From Perna viridis (Eukaryota), in the NCBI GenBank assembly GCA_037379345.1, contig CM074518.1, positions 45,783,586 to 45,847,585 on the forward strand: a DNA stretch of 64,000 bases, in the 5' to 3' direction. A program made the translations under genes and the position numbers. This document shows, one piece after another, positions 49,101-64,000 of the stretch (its first letter is position 1; the number at the start of each line of letters is the position of its first letter). The notes under the pieces were generated by a model. The model saw nothing but the letters and a program-made list of their open reading frames with translations, made no database searches and was not told the origin of the DNA.

Positions 49101-49538
49101 GACATTTAATTTTTCATAAAATATTAATTTAAAAAAAATTACTAATTTATTGATCTATTCATCTGCATTATAAATGACATATTTATCAAGCACTTTAATT
49201 TGATTATTGCTAGATATTAAAAATCATTTCAAATCAATTCCATCTTCCTTAATGAAGGAATCGGTGCATGATGTCTAGTAAACATGAAATAGGCAGAAAA
49301 TACCTCTTTTGTCAAGATCGAGTTAATAATTTTCAATCTTTGAACTTTATCCATCAATGTTTACAAAAAATGTATATTGATAATATTCTAAAATTAAAAA
49401 AAAAAATAAAAAAAGAGTTTAATTTCAAGATAATGGAAAAGTTATGCATTATAATTTAAATTGCACAGAGAATTACTATTAGAAATTTTTCTAAAGTAAA
49501 ATGTTAATTTAAATACAAAAGTGTTTGAATATAATCAT

Positions 49539-49671
49539 NNNNNNNNNNNNNNNNNNNNNNNNNNNNNNNNNNNNNNNNNNNNNNNNNNNNNNNNNNNNNN
49601 NNNNNNNNNNNNNNNNNNNNNNNNNNNNNNNNNNNNNNNNNNNNNNNNNNNNNNNNNNNNNNNNNNNNNNN
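49539..49671. other. assembly gap (133 N)
   Basis: run of N. Confidence 1.
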
Positions 49672-50405
49672 CTATCTGCATGTTGTATATGTTGCCTTGT
49701 ATAGAGAGGATATATATAGGCCTTGCCAATCCTATTCAATTTATTTATTGAATAAAATATGTTTAAATCATCAACTCAGAGCTGACAAAAATCATCAAAC
49801 TAAGTTGTTTTTTTATTATAAATGTTACTTCGGGAGCGTTAAAAGGTTTCACCTTCGTCACATTAGTTTATGGTTTATCATTCTAGGAGTCTTTTTTAAA
49901 GGACATAGAGATCCAGCTTTGACCAAATATCCTTTTCCTGAATGAATATATGACAACTTTTACTTAAAACTTGAAAGTGAAAATATGCAATACAAATAAC
50001 ATTATTATTGAGTTTTCTTCCACATTTATGATAATGCCCTCACCCAATTATTTGAGTAGGGAGAATAATGCTTATTGGTCCCATCCTTTGCCTGAAGCCT
50101 AATAGAGAGACGAACTAGGACCATGGAAACTATCTGAATGAATTTTATTTGGACTTTGGGTCCGATTGGTGTTATGTTCATAAAAAGACTTTTAACAAAT
50201 ATCTTATTTACACGGGCTTTCTTACTATTTAGGGTTCGGCTTAGAAAAGATTCACTGTAGTTGAAAGAAAGCCGCAAAACATGTATTTTACCAATCGTAT
50301 AAATAATTAAGATTGACCAAAACATTGCAATATGTAAGATGTCGCATAGTTGCTGTAAACGTGAACATAATAATTCTAAAATTTTGAAATGATTCAACAT
50401 GCTTC

Positions 50406-51935
50406 AAGAGTAATCAAGAGAACCAAGGTTATAGCAGTAATCAAAGAAATGTAATCCTGGGACAAAGACCAGACATGGAAAACAGACATACACAACAAAG
50501 AACATAAAATAACTAAAATCATACATACAAAGTAACAAAAGTAAATGAGCAACTCGGACTCCACTAAAAACTGGGAGCATGGACCAGGTTCACCTTCGGG
50601 GTAAACGTCCTCTGCTTTTCTAGAAACACCCGCCAAGTTGCTCATAAAAAGTCAAGTCCGGGGTAGACGAAGGAGGAAAGGAAAACTATGACACGTTGAA
50701 CAAATCATTTTTCATGGCGCAGATGGATACACCATAACGAGTTCATGATGACGACCATAAAACTTTTGTAGTAATAGCTTCAATCTTATAGCGACATAAC
50801 CCTGTTCCAGAAGCCTATTTATTAGAATTCTAGCGCGTTACAAAAAGTCTGCGTAGTCTCGGCAAGCTCTGGCATAACGTGTGAGTTGTGATATGAACAT
50901 TCCATACGCAGATGCTGAAGGGATGTTGCCACAAATGAATGGAAAGTTGACAATATTGAATGAAAAGTCATCACGTTTGTGGTAAAGTTTGGTCAATAGT
51001 TTTCCTTTACCATCGATTTCTAAGTGTAGGTCAAAATATGAGGCTGACTTTACATTGTCTGTAGTATCCTTTATCTCAAGTTCTTTGGGGTAGATGCGAT
51101 GTATCAAATCCCCCAAATTAGGATTGTTTAAAGATAATACGTCATCTATATAACAGAAACTGAGATTAAAGGATCTAGCCAAACGATATTCTTTCTTTCT
51201 GATCAGATCAGCTATAAAGTCAGCCTCATAAGAGTGAAGGAATATGTCAGCAAGTAGAAGAGCACAATTGATTCCCATTGGAATGCCGACCGTTTGTTGA
51301 AAAACGCGTCCACCACACTGGACAAATATGTTGTCGATTAAAAATTTCCAGTATTTTTTTAAAATTTTCTTCTGTATATTTGAAAGATGATTTGAATTAT
51401 TTCTTACTAAGTATGAGGAATCTCTACCAAAACCAGTATATTTGTATCTAGGTGTACCATCTTTTATGGAAAGACAACGATGTATAATGTTTTTAAGTCG
51501 GGATTTTAACTAAGTATGTGGAATAGAAGTATACAGTGTTGAAAAATCATAGGTTTTAACACTATTTTAGTCAGATAATAGTCTTGAACTGATTGTCTAC
51601 AAAAGATCTGTCGAATTTTTCAGGATCCACATTGAAATAATATCACTATGGGAGTAACAAGTGTTGTGGTAGGACTGCAAACCATCTTTGACATCTGTGA
51701 GTATAGAAGTTAAATGTTTAGAAAGAGGTTTGGTGGTACATTTTGCAGATCCAGCTATATAACGTTCTTTGTGTGGATTCTTGTGGAGTTTAGGAATCCA
51801 GTACATAGACGGAAAATCACAGTTATCGTCCCTGAAAGAGAGACCAAAAGAGGATAGCACAGATTTATGGTTTTCCACAATTCCTTCTTTCTTCAAGCAC
51901 TTTTTCAAAAAAGACTTTTGTGTTGTACTGCTATC
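50406..51935 (-). mobile_element. longest Naiad-type Penelope-like retroelement copy (degenerate RT)
   Basis: MYWIPKLHK...RYIAGS; GIPMGINCA.LLAD; YIDDVLSLNN; NFPF..GNIP; ORF ends after the thumb, with no C-terminal GIY-YIG. Confidence 0.88.
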
Positions 51936-53369
51936 ACTTCCATCTTGTTATTTTTTTGTTGTTGTTGTTTGTTTGGTGACCTTTCATGTATTTAAAAACC
52001 TAGGTTTAAATAATTATGTTGATCTCAATATTGTCAAATGGAAAAAAGTTGACTACTAGAATGAAAGCGGCTTCGATATTTATTCCGATATTTCAAACAC
52101 AAATATAATGTGGGCCATGGATTATTTACAGTGACGTATCTCACCATTTGAAATGGCAACAGCCTCAATGGAAACGTTGATAAAATAATTTTACATGTGT
52201 TTTTTTAAGATATGGAACTAGTTCATGGATGTGGAAGAGGACCTAGGTATTGTACAGCTGACTTGACTTTGTGAAAGCTATTTCAAAGGGAACGACTAGG
52301 GCGAGAGCACATTAACAAGCCACACTATCTGCACATTTTCACAAAACATAGAAACAGCCATCCCTAGAGATATCGTTCTCTTATATATCCTGTTAAATAA
52401 AAAAAAACATATATTTGCAATACATTTATCATTGTTTCATAATTATAGCAAAGGGAATAGATATAATGAAACGCAATAAATGTACCATTGTATAAATTTT
52501 ATAAAAATAGTGAATACTTACAGAAATTAGCAAAGTTCTTCAGTAAGTGTAAACACACCTTTAAGTAAGCTCTGAAAGACCCCGACAACAACAAAAAATA
52601 AAACCCACAATATAAGAGAGATGGCACTTTTTTAAAATAAACTAAAAAGTCAAATAACGACGCGAAGACAAATTCATGACCAACATTGTCGAATCATGAA
52701 ACACGCTCCATTTATCTTTTTTTTCGCGAATTATTTGGTTCTATATGCAAATGGCTACATTTAAACAGGAACGTTATACAACCTACTACTATCAAGCAGA
52801 CCACAATACTAATATTTATAATGCTAACCATATAAAAGTTTTGGAGGTTTACAATACCATTACGTTTCATACCATCGTAAAACTGTAATGATATAAAGTA
52901 TGTTTTAATTCAAACATTATTTGGTTGTATGTTGTCGTTAATTTTTTCTGTCTTTCATTTACATGTAATTACAAATACATCAACTGAAAAAAGTATGATT
53001 ATCGTGTTTTTATACTAAGTTATGTAGAAGACGGCGACACTGGTAGTTTTTTTCTGTATCATAAAATGTCTTCAATGACAATCACCTTGTTACACTCAGT
53101 AAAACATAAACAGTGAACGGCAAAAACATTCAATTTAAGTATTTAATTTAAAGACCAGGCAGGGAGTAATTAATCATATCTCCAGATGATCGTTGAAACT
53201 ATTATAATGCATTTGTTACGTCTTTAAAACAACTTTTACTGTGTTCATTTCCTTGAGTCTGCTATATATTATGGGATATGTTTTGACTGGTTTTACAATA
53301 AAAGTGTTGGCGGGAAATTTGTCCCGTACTTTTCTGTAGTAGAACACAACCAAATTTAAGTGTTCAGTT

Positions 53370-56300
53370 TAAACAATATTTTATTTAGTATAAAGCTGAA
53401 ATGGATTGGGCAGCAGGCTAAGCCTATAAAGCCCTCTCCATGATACAAGGTACAAAATTACAATTATCAATATAACACAACAGTTGATATATGAATTATA
53501 AATCAATAGACATGTGGCAGCAGGCCATGGCCATTTTGGACAATGGATTTTAGAGTAACATATATAAACACAAGTAGTGCATAGACTATAAATAATTTGA
53601 ATTATTACTGATTATTTGTCACTATATGAAATGACCTATTGCTAATGCCTTTTATTACATAGAAACTGTAAATTTTAATTTCTGAATTAAAGTAGCTAGG
53701 ATAATTACATAGGCCAACAACAGTTATCTTCATCAGTATATTAATGGTGTTAATATTGTGAGAGAGAGAACAAAACAAAAGAAAGAAGAAAGGAAGTTTC
53801 AAGTGAAATGAAAAGGACCAAATACAAGAGAGGGAAAAATATAAATATTACAGACACTAGAAATGTAAATAATAAGCTATTTGATATGAATTGAAAATGA
53901 AAATAAAAAGAACAAAGATGTAAAGTATATACAAATAGTAGACATAGTTGATGTTTTGAGGTTTACAATATCATTTAACTAGATAAAATAGTGTCAAACA
54001 AATCTATTTGAATCTCTACTATACTGATGAACTTGTTTAATAATAAACATGTTGTTCTCATAATTCAAGTTTGGGTCACCAAATAACAGGAGATCAAGAT
54101 CAACATCTACATCCACGTGTGACAGATTTTCAAAAAGAATGTTTCTAATATCAATATATGCTGGGCAGTCAAAGAAGTAATGAAAATTATCCTCACATGG
54201 ACTTGAGCAGAATGGACAAGAGGGATCATCTACTAAGAAATCATGAAAACAAGTGGAATTTTTAATCACTGGCTTCATTTCTCAACTGACAAAGCATGAT
54301 ATTGAATTTCCTTATTCCATAGTCAAAGTGCTTTGGTGGAGTATTGTGTTTATATTTTTATTAAGTTTCACTTTGAATGAACTTACAGTTGGTGAATTCT
54401 TACTTTCATTATCAAGTTCATTCCATTATCTAATAGAAGCAGGCAAAAAACTATTATAATAAGATGATGTCCTGCATTGAGGCAGAATAAAGTTTTGACC
54501 TTCCTGTCGCAAGGCATAATTATATTGCCTTGAATAATATGAAGCGACCATTTCTTGCATGTAGTCAGGTGTAAGACCATTTATTATCTTGCAAAATGTT
54601 GTAAGTTTATGTTTTTGCAACTTCCAATTTGCATGGTTTTGGATATTTAAGCCAAAATGAAAATGATGGTCAACTTGCTCAATTTCTTCTCCACCTTGAC
54701 CAAAGTGAATAACGGGGAAGTTTATATTTCTTCGTGAAAAAGTCATGCTCTCAGTTTTCGACAGGTTAAAATTCACAGCCCTATTATTTGCCCTTGAATT
54801 AACATGCCCGAGATCATTTGTCAAAAATTAAGTAACATAATTAACCTTATTAACAATTATTGCAAATAGTGAGGTATCATCAGCGAAAAGTCGAATGAGA
54901 TTGCTTATATCATCAACAGTACTATTTACGTATATCAAGAATAAGAAGGGTCCGAGTACTGAACCTTGTGGTACACCTGCTGAGATACCCTGTGTACTAG
55001 AGGCAAACCCATCAAGAACAACCTTTTGACATCTATCATTCAAAGAGGCAGCAATCTATTGACAAGATAATGATGAATACCTTAAGACTTAAGCTTATGT
55101 ATTAAGCCTCTGTGTCAAACCTTATCAAAGGATGTAGATCTATCGCAGAAAATAAATCTGACATCTTTGCCCTGGTCAAGGTTGGAAATAATAATATTAT
55201 AAATCTCAAGGAGCTGATTTACAGTACTATCACCAGGTTGAAACCCTGACTGATATTTAATAAGTAAGTTATTAAACTTCATGTATTTGAAAAGGTGCTT
55301 AAATAGTACCTTCTCCATAATCTTTGAAACAATACTAGTAAGAGAAGTGGGTCGGTAGTTTAAAGTATCATGAGATCTACCTTTACTCTTATAAATAGGC
55401 GTAACATGAGAAATTTCCACGCGTGAGGTACCCGTTTCAAACGAAGAGAGTAGTTAAAAAGTTTTGTGAGGGATTTAAATAACCCCAATTTAACCTCTTT
55501 CAATACTCGAGGTGAAATACCATCAGGACCAGCTGGTTTGTTTTGGTCTAAAATCTTCAATTGGTCAAGAACTTCATTTTCATTATGATAAATTCCTCCA
55601 TCATAACTGGAGGATCTGGTATATCACCAGGTAACTCAGGTTCATTATCAATCATTGATATATTACAAAAATGAGTATTCAGTACCTCAGCCTTGTCAGT
55701 CGGATGAAGCAGTATTTGACCATCAGATTTTCAATGGGGAGTTGGTTGATGAATCTTTGACAATTTAGAGACTGATTTTAAAATTCGCCAGTATCAGTAA
55801 GTTCACTAGTTAATCTATATTGTTCTTTTGATTTTCTAACCATGTCTGTTACTTCATTTCTCAATTCCCATATATTTTGCCAATGAATAGGGTTTTCAGA
55901 GGATTTAGCTTTGCAGTGGATTCTATTCCTCTGTCTCATCTTCCTACGTATAGCATTTTTCATGAAAAATTGTGACCTCTTTGGTGGAAATAAATCTGTT
56001 CACATTGTGGGTATAAGCATTGACAAAATTATAATACATATCATCAATGTTATTGCAATTATCAAACTCTTCATCCCAATCAATATGGTTTAACTGTTCT
56101 AATTGTTCGTTTATATGGCAGTTGTTTAAAATTTATATCAGCCACAATAACAGAATGGGAACTACAAAACGGACTTCTACTTCTACTTCTATAGATTTAA
56201 CCATACTTCTGTTGTTTACGGTCAATTCTAGCAGGTTTTTGAAAACCATCTAGTTTAATATTATCATCAGGAATAGTGTCAATGAGATTCGGTAATAGCA

Positions 56301-57840
56301 ATAATATCATGGTCGACAGCTTCAATCAAGTCAATCTTAGGTAGGAGACTACAAACATTGTTATGAACAATGGATATATTTTTTAAGTGGATGGAAGATG
56401 GTGGTCATGGATTTGGTTGTATCCCTTGTCTTACAAGTAGATAACCAATAATATATAATACAAAGTCATTAGTGTTATAGTGATGATAAAGTATGGTTGA
56501 ATGACACACTCTTAGTGAACACTTACCAGTAAACTTTACTCTAAGACTAATCATAACTATCAAAACTGAAAAATTTAGACATTGCTGAAAGTGACCATAT
56601 AAACCGGATTATAAACAATACAAAATAATATGATCTATAACCTAATTGACAATAAACGTACATCATGCCCACTTGTTGAGTAAACTATTCATTTAAATAT
56701 ATAATAACTAAATAAACATATTTACACAAACAAACAATTGAAATAAATTCATGTATATTGATTGAAGATAACATATATCTTCAAAAATATAGCCATGATT
56801 GTGCTGTTATTTTAGATACACATATTTGATAATAGGTTAGATCAATATTGTTTTGTTACTAAATATAGAATAACACGTGTTGAGAAGCACATGGTGTTGT
56901 TTACAACTCAGTTCATTCGAAATTGTAATATAAAAACTATGTAGAGTTAATACAGCTGATGAATCAGACTATTTTTTGTCTTTTTGGTTATCAAGAGTCT
57001 CCTTCGTCGACATTTGGTTGTACGTTTATATTCAGTGGTGGAGTTTGAACAGATGCCACATTTTGATCATCCGGGGAGTCAACATCGATATTTTGGGTTT
57101 CAGGTTCCCTGACTACTTTGGCATACGACTTTGGCTTGACCTCTTCCTCGCGAGTTTTTGCAGGTTTGTTTTTAATTGGCAAAATTGGCTGAAAATGTAA
57201 CTCATTTGGGCGTGTACACATAATAATTTGATCGTTTTTGTGTTTGATGAAGATCTTGCCATCAAAAGTCCATGTATCTTTTATGTGATCTTTGTTTCTT
57301 AGCCATCGAGCGTTATATGCTAGTTCTGATCTTTTCCTTGTGAGATCTTCATACACAAGATAGCTTGTTCCATTTTCCTTGTTGAAATCGTGCATGATCT
57401 TTTTGGCACGAAGCAACTTCTGACGGCTCTTATAAGACACAAATCCAGCTATTATTTCACGTTCTTTAGTATTGTCAGTATCAGATCTTGGTGGACCCAC
57501 TCTATGTGATCTATCAATTTCTTCTGGTTTTAATTCTACTTTTAGAATTTTCTGAGCGAATATTTCATCATCAGTGCTCTCTCTCTCTTTTTTTTCAGGA
57601 ACGCCTGCAATGCGTATTGATTGGCATTTTCTGTACTGTTCTAGATCATCATTTGTCCATTCAATTCGTAGCATTTTTGTTCAAATTCTTTTAGCTTCTC
57701 CGTCATCAATTTGACATTTTCACGTGCGGAGTTAAAATAGAGGATACTTGTTTATCTAGTAATGGAAGAAGATGTCAAACTATTTTGGATTTAATGTAAG
57801 GTATTTCACAGAGCGATTCAACGAACTTGTCCATTACACT
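53370..57840 (-). mobile_element. degenerate near-full-length CR1-type LINE (ORF1 56991-57674; ORF2 APE-RT-ZnF fragments about 53994-56440)
   Basis: ORF1 LEQY...IRIAGVPE...IDRSHRVG...YEDLT; ORF2 HNNVCSL/ITESH, GPDGIS, NYRP.SL, GVPQGSVLGP, LFADDT and a terminal Cys finger; many frameshifts. Confidence 0.9.
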
Positions 57841-57899
57841 CTGTTCGCTTAACAAACCAAGTTATTCCGCCTCGTAGCCAGACAGGTACAGACAGATAG

Positions 57900-60800
57900 A
57901 TAACCATCTATGGGCCTCAATCAAAAAACATTTGAAGTTCACTTTTATTTGATGAATGCACATAGTGTGTGGTAAAAAGCTGAAAATATACAAAAAAGGG
58001 TTTTCCTAAATAATTGTCCAATCAAAATTATCATACATTCAAAATATCAAAGATATTTATCAGAATCAAAATACAGATAACAAATAATACATCACACAAT
58101 ATTTTAAAGAAAAGTGTTATGAAATAAACTTGAATTATCTCCCTTTATGATGCAGGAGTAAGATCAATTTTTCAAAAAGGAAAGTCTCCCCCTCAAAGTA
58201 TCTCAAAATATCTCAAAACTGGTGAAGGGAATGTGGGATGCATAAATAATTATGATATATCATATTTTACGTCACAATATCATTAATACTGCAAGTGGAA
58301 TGAAAACAACTCAAAATACCTATCATAAACTATAAAGGCATGGCTTATCTAGGCAAAATGTAAGAAAACAACATGTGTGCCAATTGTGTAAAAAATATCA
58401 TTAATTTCTCTTTTCCCATCAAAAATATATATGCAACTATAAAATATAAGCATTAAAGATAAAAATAAGACTTGCATAGTGGTCTGTCATGAAAAGATTG
58501 ACTCCAAAAATCTCGATGGAAAACGCATTGGTTCAATGCTCTGACTTATGTGGTTCACATGTAATCTCAAACCCGGAAACAGGAAATGACTCAAAAATGA
58601 AAGTAAAAGTATAATATCCAAAATAGAAATCAAGCGTACCCTAGGGTCATGAAATAGGACATAGGAATAGGTTAATTATAAGAACATGTAAATATATCAA
58701 ATGTTAGATATAACCAATGAAAATATAACTAAACAATACCTATTGGGACAAGGGAAAAATATCAAAATTGTAATTGAGAACATTACACTCCCCGTCTGAT
58801 ATGAAAATATCACTACTTAAAATTGAATGCAAAGACACAAAGAGACATCCCAAACATATAGTTTACCTAACTATAGTTAATCATAAAAAAAAACAAAAAC
58901 CATAATACAACAAATGTAAAAAATAAAGTCCATGATTCACAGTTCTCACAAAGTTCACACCTCATTATGGCTTAAAAGAATAGTTTGTGTGATAGGTCTC
59001 ACATACACACGAGGTTGACCATCTTTTATTGTCCTTAACAAAACTTTTCGAACGTGACTGTCTTTACTTGGAAACACATGCTCGACAATAGCAAGAGGCC
59101 AAAAGTTTCTATGTTGTTCATTGTCTTTTAGAATCACAATGTCACCTTCTTTTATATCGATTTGAGTCTGTTGCCACTTCCTTCTAAGTTGTAATGTTTG
59201 CAAATATTGTCGTTGCCACCGAGTCCAAAATTGGTCTGCCATAATTTGAACTAGTTTCCACTTTGAAGTATACACATCTCGGATGTTTAGATTGCTAAAG
59301 TTTTCAACACATGCATCTGTTTTAGTAGTTAATAGATAATTAGGTGACAAAACATCAGGAAATCTTGCATCAGTTGAAATAGGAATCAACGGACGAGAGT
59401 TCATTATGGCTGTTGTCTCTGCCATAAATGTACTTAGAACCTCATGTGCTAGCTTCTTGTGTTTATTTTCATACAAGATTGAATCAATGATGCGACGTGC
59501 TATTCCAATGAGTCTTTCCCAGGAGCCTATCATGTGAGACGAATATGGTGTGTTCAACCTCCAAACAGTACCTTGATTGTTGAGAAAGGTCTTAACTTCT
59601 TTGTCTTCTACACATATTGTAGGGATACCAAGTTCTTTGGCGCCTCCAACAAAATTTGACCCTCTATCTGAAAAGATTTCTTTCACTGGCTCTAATTGAA
59701 ATGAAACGTCTCAATGCGTTGATAAAGCATGAGGTGCTCATATCCTCAATGACTTCTATATGAACTGCTCTACTAGAGAGACAACAAAACAAAACAGCCC
59801 ATCGTTTTGAATTTGAACTGCCACCTCTTGTATGGCGCGTAACTACCTCCCAAGGTCCAAAACAGTCTATTCCAACATAAGTAAAAGGTGGACAAGTTGC
59901 CAATCTTGCTTCTGGTAGATCTGACATCTTTTGAATTTTAACTTTGCCTCGAAATCTTTTGCACAAAACACATTTTGAAATTTCTGAATATACTATTCGT
60001 TTTGCTCCAATAATCCAAAATCCTTCACTTCTGATTTTACCTTCAGTTAAATGTCGACCTTGATGTCGAATGAGTTCATGACAATGTGAAGCAATAAGTT
60101 TGGCTATATAATGTGAACCCGGAACAAGGATAGGGTGTTTCTCTATAACGGAGAGAGTTGAATATTTGAGTCTACCACCTACACAAAGAATTCCATGATC
60201 ATTGAAGAAGGGGTCAAGCTTAAGTATCGAACTAGATTTGTGAACAGGTCTGTTAAGCTTCAAATTCTCAATTTCCTTTTCATACAATTCATTCTGAACT
60301 TGTTTGAGGATGAACATTTCTGTTTGTTTCCTAAAATTTGGATCGTTTTTACTTACAACCACTTTTTGACCATTCCGTTTTGATTTCCATAATTGTATGA
60401 ACTGTCTCAGATGTGATATTGCGCGTACAAGCGATTTCCATGAAGAAAACTTGCAAAAACGATGACTTCCAATTGCTAAGTTTTGTATACTGACTTTCAA
60501 CGCAACTACTTCCGGACGGATATCTTTATCCTGATTTGGTTCAATTAAGGGATAGGTTTCTGTTTGTGAATCACCACAGTTTTCAGAGAGTAACCATGTA
60601 ACCTTTAGTCCATCTTTCGACGAGAGTCATATTGGCTGTGTTTGAAAATCTTGTACTGATATCAGCGGTGTTCTTTTCTGATGCATCATAGGACCATTGT
60701 GACGGTTTTGAGACTTTATGTATTTTTTCAACACGATTTGAAACATAAGTGAAGAATCTTCGAGTTGTATTGCAAATATAACCTAAAGTTATTTGACAGT

Positions 60801-63800
60801 CTGTGTAGTAGTGAAATACATCATGAGATAGATTCATATGATCATAAATAGCTTCTCCTAGATCAGTAGCAAGTACAGCACTGCATAGTTCCAATCTGGG
60901 TATTGTGTGACCCTTTACTGGTGCAAGTTTTGACTTTCCCATAATGAAGCCTAAAAAAGCAGTACTATTATTGTCAATTGCTTTCAGATAGGCAACTGCA
61001 GATATTGCTTGTTCCCTCGCGTCACAAAAGATGTGGATTTCAGGATTGTGTACAGACGATATTGAAATAGGAAAGATCATGCGTGGGATTTTAAAGCTAT
61101 CTAACGATTTAAGTGATGCAAGCCACAAGTTCCATTTTTCCTCATGATCAGGACTTAGAGGTTCATCCCAATCAGTGCCAGGGGGAATAACTGGACGGAG
61201 GAGAATCTTTCCACTAATAGTAACAGGTGCAATGAAACCTAATGGATCAAACAAACTATTGTTTGTTGATAGCATGCTTCGACGGGTAGCTGGTCTGTCA
61301 ATGATATGGTGTTGAAACACAAAACTGTCAGACTGAAGGTTCCAAGATAGTCCTAAACTTCGATGGGTAGGTAACATGTCATGACACAGATCTAGAATTT
61401 TAAGCTCTTTACCAAGATCATCATTTGGGAAGGCTTTCATAACTTCTACGCTGTTAGATACAATTTTATGAAATCGGATGTGTTCATTTTGCTTCAATTC
61501 GTCCTGCGTTCTTTTCACAAGATCAATTGCATATTCGGCATTTGTAACAGAGGTTAGACCGTCATCAACATAAAAATCATTCGAAACAAAGTTTTTGACG
61601 TCATTCTCAGAATTCGAGGCGGCAAGTCGTATACCATAAGTTGCAGGAGAAGGTGTATTGCCATATACATGAGACGTCATTCGGTACTCAATGAGTGGTT
61701 GATTGAAATCATTGTTCTGGTACCAAAAGAATCTCAAATAGTCTCTATGATTCTCTAATACACGGAAACGGTAAAACATTTGTTCAATATCGCCAGTTAT
61801 GGCTACTTCATTCAAACGAAAACGCGAAAGAATACCAATCAAGCTATTGGTAAGATCAGGTCCTGTCATTAAAAGACTGTTTAGTGATACACCCTCATAA
61901 ACAGCTGATGAATCAAATACACCTCGGATTTCATTCGGTTTCTTTGGGTGGTACACCCCAAATAAAGGAAGATACCAACATTCTCCAGCAAAGGTAGTTG
62001 GTGCTGTTTCTGCTGCACCGCTCTTTAATACTTTATCCATAAAGGTCATGAACTGATCACGCTTCAAAGGATTTTTATGCAAGTTTCTATCAAGTATCAG
62101 TGCTCTTTTGTGGGCTTGTTGGCGATTGTTAGGTACAGGTGGTTTAGGTTGTTTGAACGGTAGTGGTGCTGTCCAGAAACCTGTTTCATCCTTAACAAAA
62201 CTACTTTTCATCAGAGAAACAAATTGCTTATCTTCAACAGAAAGATCAATTTTGTTGTCATTTGGAGTTTTTGCAAATATTTCATCCTGAATATCAAGTT
62301 TAGGTTGACTGATTTCAAAGTTGTACTCACATAGTGGAAATGTTGTATGCCTACCATTGCTGAGAACATTTGTCTTACGAACATTAATAGAAGATGGTGC
62401 ATGTACCTTACCAAGACAGACTTCTCCCATGACAACCCAACCAAGTGGGAGTTTCTGTGCAAAAGGTTGACCTTTACCTCCAAGGATTTGATCTTGAACA
62501 TGGTGGATCTCAGGAATGTCACACCATATAAGAAGTTCAACTTTGACATTAGTATCTAGTTCAGGTAAGTATTGAGCTATTCTACTGAGATGTGAGTGTG
62601 CTGAGGCAACGTCAGCTGTTGCTATTTCAGGTAAGTCATTAGGAATACTTTCACATTCAATTACGTCAGGTAGATCAAAAGAGCATTTGTTGTTTACTGA
62701 TTTGACAACTAACCCGTTGACAAGCCTACCAGTTAAGGTGGATTACCGGAACATGAAGACATATTAAATGTTTCTGATGTACCTACAACACCAAGTTTAT
62801 CTAATAGATTAGGCGACGCTAGAGATTTATTGCTCTGGTCATCTATGGCAGCGTATACTCTAACAGAGTTTTCGGGTGCGGTAACATGAACGTCCACGAA
62901 GAAAATTTCCGCATAATGTAGTACATTTTGTAGAAACAATGTCTTTGACTGATTCCCCGCCATGATTGTTTGAAGTTTCATTGTGTGAATTCAATGACTT
63001 ATCTATATGCAGTGCAGTGGGGTGGCGTGTATTTCCACAAATCTGACATTTAACAGAAACCGTACTGTTTACAGCTACATGTTCACTCGATTGGCAGCAT
63101 TTGAAGCAAATGTTCTTTTCACGAAGAAATTTCTTACGGTCTTGAAAGGTAAGCTTTCTAAAGCTGCGACAATCATTTAAAGAATGACCCGCTTTATGTA
63201 ACGGACAGCGTACTAAACTACTTGAGGTAACGTCTAATCTTCTAGAAACAACAGAAGTACGAGGTTTGGTAGTGCCTACTTGATTAGTGCTGGTGTATGC
63301 AAAAGCTGGATCATTTCGAATATTACAGGTATCTCTAATGAAGCTGACAAAAACACTGAACGGAGGGAATATAACAGAATGTGATTTTTTGTAAGCTGAA
63401 GCAACAGTTGTCCATTTCTCTTGCAAAAAGTGTGGCAGTTTAGAAATAATAGGAATAACACCAGATGATGAGTTGTAATAACTGAGCAAAGTAGCGTATT
63501 GTGGATTTAACATCGCTGATTCTATCTCCGTAAGAATGTCTAACAAATCATAGAGTTTTTGTGATTGACGGAAACGAGTTAAGCTTTCGTTTTAGGGCAC
63601 TTTTTATCATTTCGGGTCTTCCGTATCGTTCAAACAAACGTTCATAAATTCGCTGAAGTCCTTTAACAGGATCATGAGCATTGGCAACACGGATAATTGA
63701 TGCGAATTTCGAAGATTCAGACCCTAATCACTTTACAAGAAGATCTATTTCTTCAAATTGAGAAACGCCTAATTCTCGGGTAATACTTCGAAATGAAGCT

Positions 63801-64000
63801 CGCCAAGATTTAAATGACTCAGGTTTATCGTCAAATTTCACAAATCTGGACAGCAGAAAGTCTTTTCTGAAAATAAGTTTCGAAATATCGGACATGGCAT
63901 TATTTGTAGTCTGACTTTGTGGTATTTGACTGTTTTGTACGCTATTCAAGAATGGCAACTGTTTCTGTTGATAATCCATTTCTACCGTGTTTGTTTTTGG
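57900..64000 (-). mobile_element. degenerate Bel-Pao LTR retrotransposon (gag-protease-RT-RNase H-integrase), truncated by the window edge; 3' LTR starts at 58787
   Basis: Three gag Cys/His knuckles, protease IDDQS, RT FYVDDGL, RNase H HIFCDA...IPRLEL, integrase GIDCFGP/SDRGSNF/WERLI; PPT gacggggag followed by TG. The left LTR boundary is uncertain. Confidence 0.9.

Noticed and set aside
49509-49751. ORFs spanning X runs
   Set aside because: Artefacts of the N gap

Overview
AT-rich eukaryotic DNA with spliceosomal introns, most likely from a bivalve mollusc (inferred from the Pif-type shell-matrix genes and the repeat types). I built three + strand gene models by hand from GT-AG sites and reading-frame phase. 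(1) The last three exons of a divergent PRMT1/8-like arginine methyltransferase (396-5856). (2) Gene A (about 6595-27828, 10 exons, about 1072 aa), a Pif/LamG3-like protein with no VWA domain. It has a 613-aa Cys-free, charge-blocked low-complexity exon ahead of three chitin-binding-type Cys modules and a LamG domain; its first exon is uncertain. (3) Gene B (35738-41165, 7 exons, 625 aa), a canonical Pif/BMSP-family protein: signal peptide, VWA, Thr linker, chitin-binding modules, LamG. The rest is repeat-rich. It holds about 10 copies of a Penelope-like (Naiad-type) retroelement with a structured 3' end, a second GIY-YIG Penelope-like element, two full-length SINE-like elements with a pseudoknotted non-tRNA head, several nested MITEs, a degenerate CR1-type LINE with a 2A-like motif, and a degenerate Bel-Pao LTR element running off the right edge. 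There is one assembly gap (49539-49671). Family assignments rest on recalled motifs; no database search was run.
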